DNA of 61,776 nucleotides, from positions 1 to 61,776 of the forward strand of contig JAFVZG010000067.1 of the NCBI GenBank assembly GCA_017508285.1, in the 5' to 3' direction. Source of the DNA: Lentisphaeria bacterium (GTDB lineage: Bacteria; Verrucomicrobiota; Lentisphaeria; Victivallales; Victivallaceae). Within the stretch, counting starts at the first letter, position 1; each line of letters starts with the position of its first letter. Below are positions 1-7,452 of the stretch, piece after piece. Both the position numbers and the translations under genes were made by a program. The notes beneath the pieces are model-generated. The model was not told the origin of the DNA. It ran no database searches and worked only from the letters and a program-made list of their open reading frames with translations.

Positions 1-100
1 GCACTTTCGCGCCTTGCTTCTGGGCCGGTACGGTCGAGTACGGTAGTACACTCCCGCACCGTACCCGGCGAAAACACGACATTGCCGCCCGCTGCATCCA

Positions 101-231
101 CCGGGTGCAATCAAATCGTTTCATGTTTTTGACCAATCATAATGTAAGTGATATATTCTATGTGTCGCCATAAAATGTGTTCATTCGGTCTTGTATGTAT
201 GTTTCACAAAATTTGGGACATTACCAAAAAA
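101..231 (+). repeat. Copy 1 of a 131-bp dispersed direct repeat (promoter-like part plus invariant 75-nt segment); candidate small RNA / leader unit
   Basis: ccgggtgcaatcaaatcgttt...tttgggacattaccaaaaaa recurs at 41859-41989 and 60819-60949 in the same orientation. Only 3 positions vary (122, 134, 156 in copy-1 numbering). Confidence 0.9.
129..157 (+). promoter_or_regulatory. Sigma70-like promoter inside repeat copy 1 (TTGACC - 17 bp - TATATT)
   Basis: -35 at 129-134 and -10 at 152-157 with an exact 17-bp spacer. The spacer shares ATCAT..TGTAAGT with the tRNA-Lys promoter. Confidence 0.5.
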
Positions 232-274
232 TTCATTTTCGCAGTATCGTGAGCATCTCTGCAAATGGAGTGCC

Positions 275-310
275 AAAAAAATAGGGCTGTCCGCTTTTTG
301 CGTCCAGCCC
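275..310. terminator. Hairpin terminator downstream of the 930-aa gene (minus strand), possibly bidirectional
   Basis: GGGCTG(284-289)...CAGCCC(305-310) with inner CGC/GCG pairs. On the minus strand it is followed by TATTTTTTT (275-283). On the plus strand a T6 run lies at 318-323. Confidence 0.6.
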
Positions 311-328
311 CGATATGTTTTTTGACCT

Positions 329-3121
329 TTATTTAGCGATATTCACTCTGCCGAATTTAAGCGGCACATGGTAACCGCCGCCGGTGAGACCGCACCAGTC
401 TCTGCCCTGTGAGCAGACATTGAGGGTGAAGTTGTCACCTTTTTTCACTCCGACCAATTCGGTCATGGTTTTCCACGGGATAAATACCCGGAAATTGGCG
501 ATCTCGTTATTGCACGATGCTTCGGAACTCCATTGGAAAAACGATTTGGTATCGACTACCCGCTTGCCGCTGGGGAGGAATACGGTTTTGATATCCTGCT
601 GGGTATTGAGAGTATTGAGTACCAGTTGGGCGAAGTTTTCGGAACCGGGTTTACCGAGGAATACCTCCATGCAGAGATCTTTCCAGACATCGCCGTCGCG
701 TTTGGTGACCACTGATTTTTTGCCGATCTGATAGCGGACAGCGAGGTCGATATGCACTCCGTCATCATTGACAAAAAGTTTGGCGGAATCCGGGCGCACA
801 GGGGATTTCCAGGTTTCCATCAGATTTTTGGCGTTGTTCCAATCGACTTTGGAACCTTTGGAAATGGGGATGGAGATCTCCTGATTGGGTTTGACATTCA
901 TGAATTTATCTTTCATCTGCGCCATGAATTCCTCATGGGTGAGGCGTTCAAGTTTGGCAAGATTGCGGCTTTCCAGAGCGATGATGCCGCTGCCGGCTGC
1001 GCCGAAAGAGAATTCCACGGCTGCGCCGCGCTGAACCATTTGGCAATTCCAGAGTTTCTGCGGAGCAAGTTTAAGATCTTTGATGACTGATTTGGAGAAA
1101 TCGACCTTGACTTTTGCCGGTTTTTTATCGGGATTGACCGCCAGCAGCCACGCTTTTTTCCTGTCGGCGGAAACGATGACCTGAAATTCCGGAGCTTTGT
1201 CGCCGGTGACGGTAAAGGGATCTTTCAATTCCGGGCCGAGCAGACCGTCGGCGATGGCGGCAATGGCGTGATTCAATTCGCAAAAGCGTTTCCACTCTGC
1301 CGGGTGGTCGATGGGAGAAAGGCGGTGCAGACGGTTCGGGGCAAGGCTGGGATTTTTCTCTGCCGTTTCCCACCACTGCAAGCCTTTGACACCGTGGATC
1401 AGCGGCAGAATAGCCATGGCGCACAACTCATCGGCATTGGGCATACGCTGTTTATCCCCCGGCCACCGGAAAGCCTGAGCGATGAAGATCAGCGGGCGGT
1501 TTTTTCCGTAAAATCTCATATAATCAATGGTGTAACCCATATCAGCGATATTGCCGTTGGCAATGGGGTAGTGATCGAGGCTGAGTACATCGGAAACGAC
1601 AAAACAGTCACGGGAGTTGGAGTTGGCGGCGAAGTTGACACTGGTGACGGTGTTGGGCATCAATGCTTTCATCAAAGCATTGAGCAGCACGAATTTGCGG
1701 TAGGTGAAATCCGGATGGTTCTCCGGTTCATCAAAGAGGTGGATAAACGCCACATTGGCAGGGTTGAAGTTGAGCATATCGCGCACCTGCCGGTCATAGG
1801 CGAAGCGGTCTCTGCCGCCGACGACATATTTGCCGGTGCTGTAATTCCAGCCTTTCCAGACCCAGTGAGAGGCATTGGCACCGACTTCTTTGTAGCGGGG
1901 ATTATCGGGATTCACGCCGTAGCAGAGAATGGGGAAAAATGGTTTGCCGTTGACCAGGATGCTGTTGTTTTCGTCGATGACTTTGCCCGGTTTGTGATAT
2001 ACCATGCCGTAATGTTCGAGCATTTTTTCAGCGAATTCCTCCGGGGCGATATCGGGATTTGCCGCCAGAAGTTTTTCCCCGAATTCCGGAACCGGTTTGA
2101 TCTCCGGAACCAGTGCTCCAAGTTTCATGGCATCGACGGAATTCGGGTCGAATTTCGGATCGGCGGTAAGGAGCAGTGAGTCGCCCCAGCCGCCGCCGGT
2201 GCCATCGAGATTAAGGAGAAAGAGGATCTCATCTTCCGAAAATGAGCCGACTTTAGCCCACTTCAAATTCTGCCGGGGCAGCTGAACTTTTTTTTTACCC
2301 AGCATTACGGAAAAAGGGCGACCGGCACTGTAACGGATAAAGCAGTTGTAACTGGCGGCTTTGCCCGGTTTTTTGATGAGGAAAGGATATTCCTGATCGT
2401 TGTACCAGATGCCTTTTTTGCCGATGGAAGTGCTGCTGTCGACCTTCCACGGGCCCTGAATGCTTTCCAGTTCCAGCCGGTAGGTTTCCGGCGGCACCGG
2501 AGAGATCGCGAGTTTGCTGTTTCCGGCACCGGCTTTGCCGTAGACGCGGATCTCGGTGACAGCCAGAACCATCTGTTTGTAGTTGCTGCTGACGATTTTG
2601 AGCATCGAACTTTTTTTGCCGACTTTGACGGTCACGGGGTAAGGTTTACTCTCTTTTAACTCAGTCTGAGAGGCGACGGCGGGAGTTTCCCAGAGCCACT
2701 GATCCTGTTTTTTCTCATTGGCACAATAGACTTCCACCTTGTTGATAAAGTGACTTTTGAACGGACGCTGCCAGACTTCCACATAATCCACGTCGCACAC
2801 ATCGCCGAGATCGAGGATGACGGTGATCTTCTTGTCGTGATGGCTCCAGTCGTAGGTTTGGATGAAGGTATTGAATTTACCGTCATTCAATGCGGAAATT
2901 TTATTGTGTTTGATAAATGCCGGAGCTTCATACCAGCCGGTTTTCTGCACAATGGTGGTGGATTTCTCATTCAGCGACTTGTCAGTACCTTTGATCTGCT
3001 GGTTTTTCCAGTACTTTCCTTCCATTTTCATACTGTCGACACGGTAATTGAGCATATCGGCAGCGGCGGCACCCAGCGAAGCCGCGGCAATGGCACCGGA
3101 TAACAGGAATTTGATGTTCAT
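329..3121 (-). CDS. Large secreted glycoside-hydrolase-like protein with an N-terminal discoidin/F5-8-type-C-like domain and a C-terminal CBM9-like domain
   Basis: 930-aa ORF. Signal peptide MNIKFLLSGAIAAASLGAAAA. The N-terminal region has a discoidin-like pattern and the C-terminus looks CBM9-like. Family assignment is by eye only. Confidence 0.6.
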   Translation of the reverse strand: MNIKFLLSGAIAAASLGAAAADMLNYRVDSMKMEGKYWKNQQIKGTDKSLNEKSTTIVQKTGWYEAPAFIKHNKISALNDGKFNTFIQTYDWSHHDKKITVILDLGDVCDVDYVEVWQRPFKSHFINKVEVYCANEKKQDQWLWETPAVASQTELKESKPYPVTVKVGKKSSMLKIVSSNYKQMVLAVTEIRVYGKAGAGNSKLAISPVPPETYRLELESIQGPWKVDSSTSIGKKGIWYNDQEYPFLIKKPGKAASYNCFIRYSAGRPFSVMLGKKKVQLPRQNLKWAKVGSFSEDEILFLLNLDGTGGGWGDSLLLTADPKFDPNSVDAMKLGALVPEIKPVPEFGEKLLAANPDIAPEEFAEKMLEHYGMVYHKPGKVIDENNSILVNGKPFFPILCYGVNPDNPRYKEVGANASHWVWKGWNYSTGKYVVGGRDRFAYDRQVRDMLNFNPANVAFIHLFDEPENHPDFTYRKFVLLNALMKALMPNTVTSVNFAANSNSRDCFVVSDVLSLDHYPIANGNIADMGYTIDYMRFYGKNRPLIFIAQAFRWPGDKQRMPNADELCAMAILPLIHGVKGLQWWETAEKNPSLAPNRLHRLSPIDHPAEWKRFCELNHAIAAIADGLLGPELKDPFTVTGDKAPEFQVIVSADRKKAWLLAVNPDKKPAKVKVDFSKSVIKDLKLAPQKLWNCQMVQRGAAVEFSFGAAGSGIIALESRNLAKLERLTHEEFMAQMKDKFMNVKPNQEISIPISKGSKVDWNNAKNLMETWKSPVRPDSAKLFVNDDGVHIDLAVRYQIGKKSVVTKRDGDVWKDLCMEVFLGKPGSENFAQLVLNTLNTQQDIKTVFLPSGKRVVDTKSFFQWSSEASCNNEIANFRVFIPWKTMTELVGVKKGDNFTLNVCSQGRDWCGLTGGGYHVPLKFGRVNIAK

Positions 3122-3150
3122 AACGGTTGATTTTCCTTATATGTTAAGTG

Positions 3151-3900
3151 TTAGTATTGTACGATCTGACCGTTGAGGACAACTTTGTAAAACTGACGGA
3201 CAAGGGCGGTGGAGTGATCCGGTGAGAAGTAGTACCACTTGTCTGCTTTGATATCATCCGGAGAAATCGAAGTCACACTCATGTCGGCGACCAGGCCGTT
3301 GGCTCTGCCGTTGTGGATAATGGAAATATGACCGTTATCATCATTTTTATCCTCATTGATGACCGACCATGCCGTGCTTTCCCCATTCAGATTCAATCTT
3401 TCTGAATCGACCAGCATCAATATTTCCGACGGTTTGCGCCAGGTGAAGAAACTTGAATTTTTCAAATCAATGTAACCACTTGAATACATATTGCCGTAAG
3501 CGCGGAAGTAATACAGACCATTGGTGTCATTGGGAACCGGTAACGACGGACAGTTGATCAAACCTCTGGCTTCCTCCTGTATGTAGCCGGTTCTGACCAG
3601 CAGGGCCGCCCAGGTGAAATTGGAAGCGAATTTAGTCGGGTCGAATACTTCACTGCGGTTGCCGTTGCCGTTACCGTTGCGGATGCAGTCATTGTTGTCA
3701 TCCATGTAACTGCGGATCGCCAGACCGTTGTTTTTCAAATTGGATATGCACGCGGCAGCTCTGCCGCGCTCACGGGCGGAGTTGAGGGCGGGCAGCAGGA
3801 TCGCCGCCAATATCGCAATAATGGCGATCACGACGAGAAGTTCGATCAGAGTAAAGCCCAAGGGCTTTACTCCACAGCTGTGGAGTAAATCTTTCTTCAT
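3151..3900 (-). CDS. Prepilin-type N-terminal cleavage/methylation domain protein (pseudopilin-like, H-X9-D motif family)
   Basis: [15 protein letters not shown]|[33 protein letters not shown]-terminal [11 protein letters not shown]. The start overlaps the upstream GntR gene by 4 nt. Confidence 0.85.
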   Translation of the reverse strand: MKKDLLHSCGVKPLGFTLIELLVVIAIIAILAAILLPALNSARERGRAAACISNLKNNGLAIRSYMDDNNDCIRNGNGNGNRSEVFDPTKFASNFTWAALLVRTGYIQEEARGLINCPSLPVPNDTNGLYYFRAYGNMYSSGYIDLKNSSFFTWRKPSEILMLVDSERLNLNGESTAWSVINEDKNDDNGHISIIHNGRANGLVADMSVTSISPDDIKADKWYYFSPDHSTALVRQFYKVVLNGQIVQY

Positions 3901-4964
3901 TGTTTCATCTCCTTATTTTGGGTTGAGGATTCTGATTGGATCAGCTTGCCTTTTATATAAACCAACTCCCGTTTGGGGTATTTATATTGCGGTTTGGTGA
4001 GAAGTTCGGCGGCGGCAACTCCGATATCATAGTAGTCAAAATGATAAATATGCGCCCCCGGTATCTGCAATAACCACTTCATATTCTCTCTGGAGCAGAA
4101 GTAGAGCAGCGGCCGGTAGTTGAGTTTGCCGACAACATCAAAAACCGTTTCCTTGAATTCACCGAGAAAAACCAGCGCATCCGGTCGGGTGGAATTCACC
4201 TTGTCGATCATCTCTTTTGTTTCCGGATCAAGGGCGGCAGAGTGTTTCAATCCCAATGCCTGCGCCTGCAATTCGCCGAAGCGGAAGCATTGCCCGCAGA
4301 AAAGCTGGTTCCACGCACTGGAAAAGCTGTGAGGTATCTGCATGACCGATGATGCCCCGGCATTTCTGGCGTGGGTGAATATCTGCTGAATCATATCCAG
4401 CTCATCCAGCATCACTCCGGAAGTTCCCGGCATCGGAAAATCCACCGTCACCCGGTAAGGCTGCCAGTATTTGAGGAAGTATCCGGCACCCCGGCACATA
4501 ATGGAGCGATAGGGCATCAAAACGATCCCTTCGCCCGGTTCACAGCCCCCGGCAGGGTTGATTTTCTGATGATCTTTATTCTGCAGTTCCAGATATATTT
4601 CCGAAAACTCCACACCTTTTTTTTCGCAGATGCTTTTTATCCCCCCGGCGAGACTATCCATCACGATGTCGGGCGAAAAGTGCTGATACTGGCGGAGCAG
4701 ATTGATTTTGTGCAGCGGGATAACTCCACGGTTGGCAGGGTCGCAGACGGCAAACGGTTTGCCCCGGTTGGCGGAAATAAGTCCGCGCCGGGTCAACTCT
4801 CTTTGCACCTTGTGGGCGGTTTTCAGCGAGATGCCGTATTTGTCGCAAATCTCACTGCGGGAAAGAAACGGTTTGCCGTAAGAAAACAAGCCGTTGACGA
4901 TATCATCATTGATATGATCGGCGATACTCAGAAATTTTTGAAAACTGTCTTGACGGAAATCCAT
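3897..4964 (-). CDS. GntR-type winged-helix transcriptional regulator with a sugar-binding-like C-terminal domain
   Basis: The N-terminal ...[29 protein letters not shown] is HTH-like. The ATG at 4964 is preceded by GGAG 6 nt upstream. The ORF track starts 18 nt earlier, at a GTG. Confidence 0.7.
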   Translation of the reverse strand: MDFRQDSFQKFLSIADHINDDIVNGLFSYGKPFLSRSEICDKYGISLKTAHKVQRELTRRGLISANRGKPFAVCDPANRGVIPLHKINLLRQYQHFSPDIVMDSLAGGIKSICEKKGVEFSEIYLELQNKDHQKINPAGGCEPGEGIVLMPYRSIMCRGAGYFLKYWQPYRVTVDFPMPGTSGVMLDELDMIQQIFTHARNAGASSVMQIPHSFSSAWNQLFCGQCFRFGELQAQALGLKHSAALDPETKEMIDKVNSTRPDALVFLGEFKETVFDVVGKLNYRPLLYFCSRENMKWLLQIPGAHIYHFDYYDIGVAAAELLTKPQYKYPKRELVYIKGKLIQSESSTQNKEMKQ

Positions 4965-4985
4965 TTTTTCTCCTGTATACACCTT

Positions 4986-5014
4986 AATCTATCATGTATA
5001 CCGGTCGTTGTCAA
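4986..5014 (-). promoter_or_regulatory. Sigma70-like promoter of the GntR / pseudopilin / secreted-protein operon (TTGACA - 17 - TAGATT)
   Basis: Minus-strand TTGACA (5009-5014) and TAGATT (4986-4991) with a 17-bp spacer. A T10 tract (plus-strand A10, 5026-5035) lies just upstream. Confidence 0.45.
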
Positions 5015-5144
5015 GAGGGCATTGCAAAAAAAAAACAGAATTTTATTTTACCGCCGCAAACTCAAACTGGTGCGGCGTGAGTGATCCGGCAAAAAAAGAA
5101 AAAGCGGAAACGGGTATTTTTTTCTATTTTATCGGATAAGCGGC

Positions 5145-5172
5145 TTGCAAATCATGTAAGTTGCGGTATATT
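5145..5172 (+). promoter_or_regulatory. Sigma70-like promoter of tRNA-Lys (TTGCAA - 16 - TATATT)
   Basis: -35 at 5145-5150 and -10 at 5167-5172, about 22 nt upstream of the mature tRNA 5' end. Confidence 0.5.
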
Positions 5173-5193
5173 ATAAAAAGTTCACAAATTTGT

Positions 5194-5269
5194 GCGCCCG
5201 TAGCTCAGTCGGTAGAGCAAGTGACTCTTAATCACTGGGTCCACGGTTCGAGTCCGTGCGGGCGCACCA
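5194..5269 (+). tRNA. tRNA-Lys (anticodon CTT), CCA encoded
   Basis: Acceptor stem gcgcccg/cgggcgc. D-arm tagctcagtcggtagagc. Anticodon stem agtga/tcact with loop ctCTTaa. T-arm ggttcgagtcc. Terminal cca. Confidence 0.95.
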
Positions 5270-5320
5270 TTTTTTTGCCCTGTTTTTCAGAGCGGGGCGC
5301 AGTCTGGAAGGGTGGCGGTT

Positions 5321-6013
5321 ATGAGAAAAAGTTTCCTCTTATTGCTGATCCTTCTTTTTTGTGCCGGCTGCGGCAATGATCCTCCGGAACGGTTTACCGG
5401 TGTCGGCGATGCTGTTTTCGGTAAAAGTGATTATGACCGGGAGCAGGTTCTGTCGGAATTTACGGTAAGCCGTCTGCCTTTGGAGTTGTCGGTTTCTCCG
5501 GTGAGCGGAACGGTTTGGCGGATAAGTTTGATATTCCCGGCAAAGACGGTGTCTCCGGAAAAGGTCAAAGAGTTTGCCCGTGAATATTTTTCTCTGGAAT
5601 TCGGCAAAAGCGATATCATTTCACTTCCCGGTACCGATATCAGGATCCTTCCGGCGTTTGATTTCGGGCCTCAGGCGAAAAAGATAGTTTTTACCGACCG
5701 GGAGTATGAAAAAATTTACCGGCAGGAAAATATTTCACCGGAAGCTGAAGATATCCGTTGTATCCGGCGGGCAAAGAAAGAGGTGCTTATTCTGGAAAGT
5801 GCCGTCAGTGAATATTACAATGAAACCGGCAGATATCCGGAGTCGGTCGGAGATCTGCTGATAAATCCCGGAGTTCCCAACTGGCAGGGGCCTTATCTGC
5901 CGGATAGATCATTGCTGACCGATCCATGGGGCAGAAGTTACCGTTATCTGCGCCGGAAAGACGGTTTTACGGTATTCAGTACCGGTTCCAGCGGTCAGGA
6001 GCAGCTGCGGTGA
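5321..6013 (+). CDS. Lipoprotein with a C-terminal type II secretion GspG-like (pseudopilin globular) domain
   Basis: MRKSFLLLLILLFCAGC lipobox. C-terminal ...YYNETGRYPESVGDLL...WQGPYLP...DPWGRSYRY... matches the GspG pattern. The ATG at 5321 is preferred over the track start at 5312. Confidence 0.7.
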   Translation: MRKSFLLLLILLFCAGCGNDPPERFTGVGDAVFGKSDYDREQVLSEFTVSRLPLELSVSPVSGTVWRISLIFPAKTVSPEKVKEFAREYFSLEFGKSDIISLPGTDIRILPAFDFGPQAKKIVFTDREYEKIYRQENISPEAEDIRCIRRAKKEVLILESAVSEYYNETGRYPESVGDLLINPGVPNWQGPYLPDRSLLTDPWGRSYRYLRRKDGFTVFSTGSSGQEQLR

Positions 6014-6701
6014 TCCCGCCATCCAGCGGCAGGATCGTGCCGGTAATGCTGTCACACTCCAGAAGAAAAGTGACGGCATCGGCAAGATCATCCGGAGAAA
6101 CCGGGCGGTGCATCGGAACACTTTGCAGGATCTTTTCCATTCTTGATTCCGGAGCCCACGGCGGCGGAATCACCGGCCCGGGGGCAACGGCGTTTATCCG
6201 GCAGTTTTTTTCTGCCCATTTTTCTGCCAGAGCGACCGTCAAAACATTCAAATCCCGTTTGCTTTGCCAATATGCCCCATTCCCCGGCAGCAGGGCGAAG
6301 GCATCGGTGATATTTACGGCGGCGCAACCGGGGATATCCTGCATATACATGTACTCCAGCAGGCGTGCCGGGGCAAGGTAATTTATCTGCCGGTAGAGTC
6401 GGGCGGATGCAAGATCTTCAGGAGAACCCGGCCGGTGAAATATCGCCGCTGAGTTGACCAGCAATTCAAACTTCCCGGCACATTTCAGCAGATGTTCCAC
6501 CCCGTCGTCAGTGCTCAGATCCGCTTGGATCATCCGGTGACCTTCGCCCGGCAGTTCTTTGAGCAGAGCGGTCGCTTCTGAAGCGGAAGATGAGCAGTGA
6601 ATAAGCACTTTGCACCCTTTTGCTGCCAGTTTGCGGGCGATAACGGAACCGAGCCGTTTGGCACTTCCAGTGATTAAAAGCTGTTTTCCCTGTAATATCA
6701 T
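5976..6701 (-). CDS. Short-chain dehydrogenase/reductase (SDR) family oxidoreductase
   Basis: ITGSAKRLGSVIARKLAAKG glycine-rich motif and YWQSK (YxxxK). The 3' end overlaps the convergent gene by 38 nt. Confidence 0.8.
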   Translation of the reverse strand: MILQGKQLLITGSAKRLGSVIARKLAAKGCKVLIHCSSSASEATALLKELPGEGHRMIQADLSTDDGVEHLLKCAGKFELLVNSAAIFHRPGSPEDLASARLYRQINYLAPARLLEYMYMQDIPGCAAVNITDAFALLPGNGAYWQSKRDLNVLTVALAEKWAEKNCRINAVAPGPVIPPPWAPESRMEKILQSVPMHRPVSPDDLADAVTFLLECDSITGTILPLDGGITAAAPDRWNRY

Positions 6702-6766
6702 CCTTGAAATTTCTCCTTTTACATATTATATTCCATCATTGTCCATATTTCAAGGAGATATCAAAG

Positions 6767-7363
6767 ATGAAAAGACACAATTTTACGCTGGTGGAGATTC
6801 TGGGAGTGACCGTTTTGCTGGTTATCCTGATGGTTATCGGAGTAGGGGTTTACTCATATGCGGTGGATTCATCCAAAGAGAAAGCGACCCGCGCCACCAT
6901 CACCCGGCTCGGCAATGCCCTTGGGGTATTGCAGGATAAAGGGATGATGAAAATGACTATGGTTTCCTCCGGCAATATGGAGTATCTTACCATCACCGTG
7001 GATATCGCCAATGAAAAACTTGTATTGAAGAAATCTCCGAATCCGATCGAAATCGACAGCCGTGGTTATAAACTGTTTATGCAGGCGATGGATGCCGATT
7101 CCATAAATTCCATTCTGGATGCCGATGGCAGGATCGGTGACGGCTGGGGGCAGCCGCTGCATATCCGTTTCCCCGGTAAATTCAACAAGGGCAGTTTTGA
7201 TATCATTTCTGCCGGCAGCGACGGTAAATTCGGAACCAATGAAAAGAGCTGGGATGAAAATGGCGGTGAGCCGCCGGTGCAGATGGTGCCGGGCGGCGGT
7301 AAAGCCGGCTACCGGGATCCCGACGGAGATCTTATTTGCGACGATATCGCCAATTTCTTCTGA
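6767..7363 (+). CDS. Type II secretion pseudopilin (GspG-like)
   Basis: MKRHN|FTLVEILGVTVLLVILMVIG with Glu at +5. C-terminal DGWGQPLHIRFPG...ISAGSDGKFGT. Start ATG at 6767, inside the longer track ORF. Confidence 0.8.
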   Translation: MKRHNFTLVEILGVTVLLVILMVIGVGVYSYAVDSSKEKATRATITRLGNALGVLQDKGMMKMTMVSSGNMEYLTITVDIANEKLVLKKSPNPIEIDSRGYKLFMQAMDADSINSILDADGRIGDGWGQPLHIRFPGKFNKGSFDIISAGSDGKFGTNEKSWDENGGEPPVQMVPGGGKAGYRDPDGDLICDDIANFF

Positions 7364-7382
7364 AAAATCTGCCGGTTTCAAC

Positions 7383-7411
7383 TTGAAAAAAAAGGGAAAT
7401 ATTGTTATTTT
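7383..7411 (+). promoter_or_regulatory. Possible promoter for ddh (TTGAAA - 17 - TATTTT)
   Basis: Hexamers at 7383-7388 and 7406-7411 in an AT-rich intergenic region. Confidence 0.3.
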
Positions 7412-7452
7412 AAGTAATATATTTCTCTTCTTTTTTATTGAAAGGTTTTACT

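Noticed and set aside
1268-2179. 303-aa plus-strand ORF and many similar 60-300-aa ORFs, e.g. 30496-31401, 35067-35906, 36251-37075, 52698-53492, 13249-14001, 4371-5084, 48362-48979 and 49618-50247.
   Set aside because: All are antisense or out of frame relative to genes with clear homology or a signal peptide and domain structure. Nearly every real gene here has such a shadow, so they carry no independent evidence.
5194-5269. tRNA-Lys as an integration site for a genomic island.
   Set aside because: No integrase is adjacent, and I did not find a direct repeat of the tRNA 3' end elsewhere in the window.
5161-5379. 72-aa ORF overlapping tRNA-Lys.
   Set aside because: It reads through a canonical tRNA gene, so it is a spurious ORF.
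5976-6013. 38-nt 3'-end overlap of convergent genes (GspG-domain lipoprotein and SDR).
   Set aside because: Short convergent overlaps are common. No additional signal is seen.
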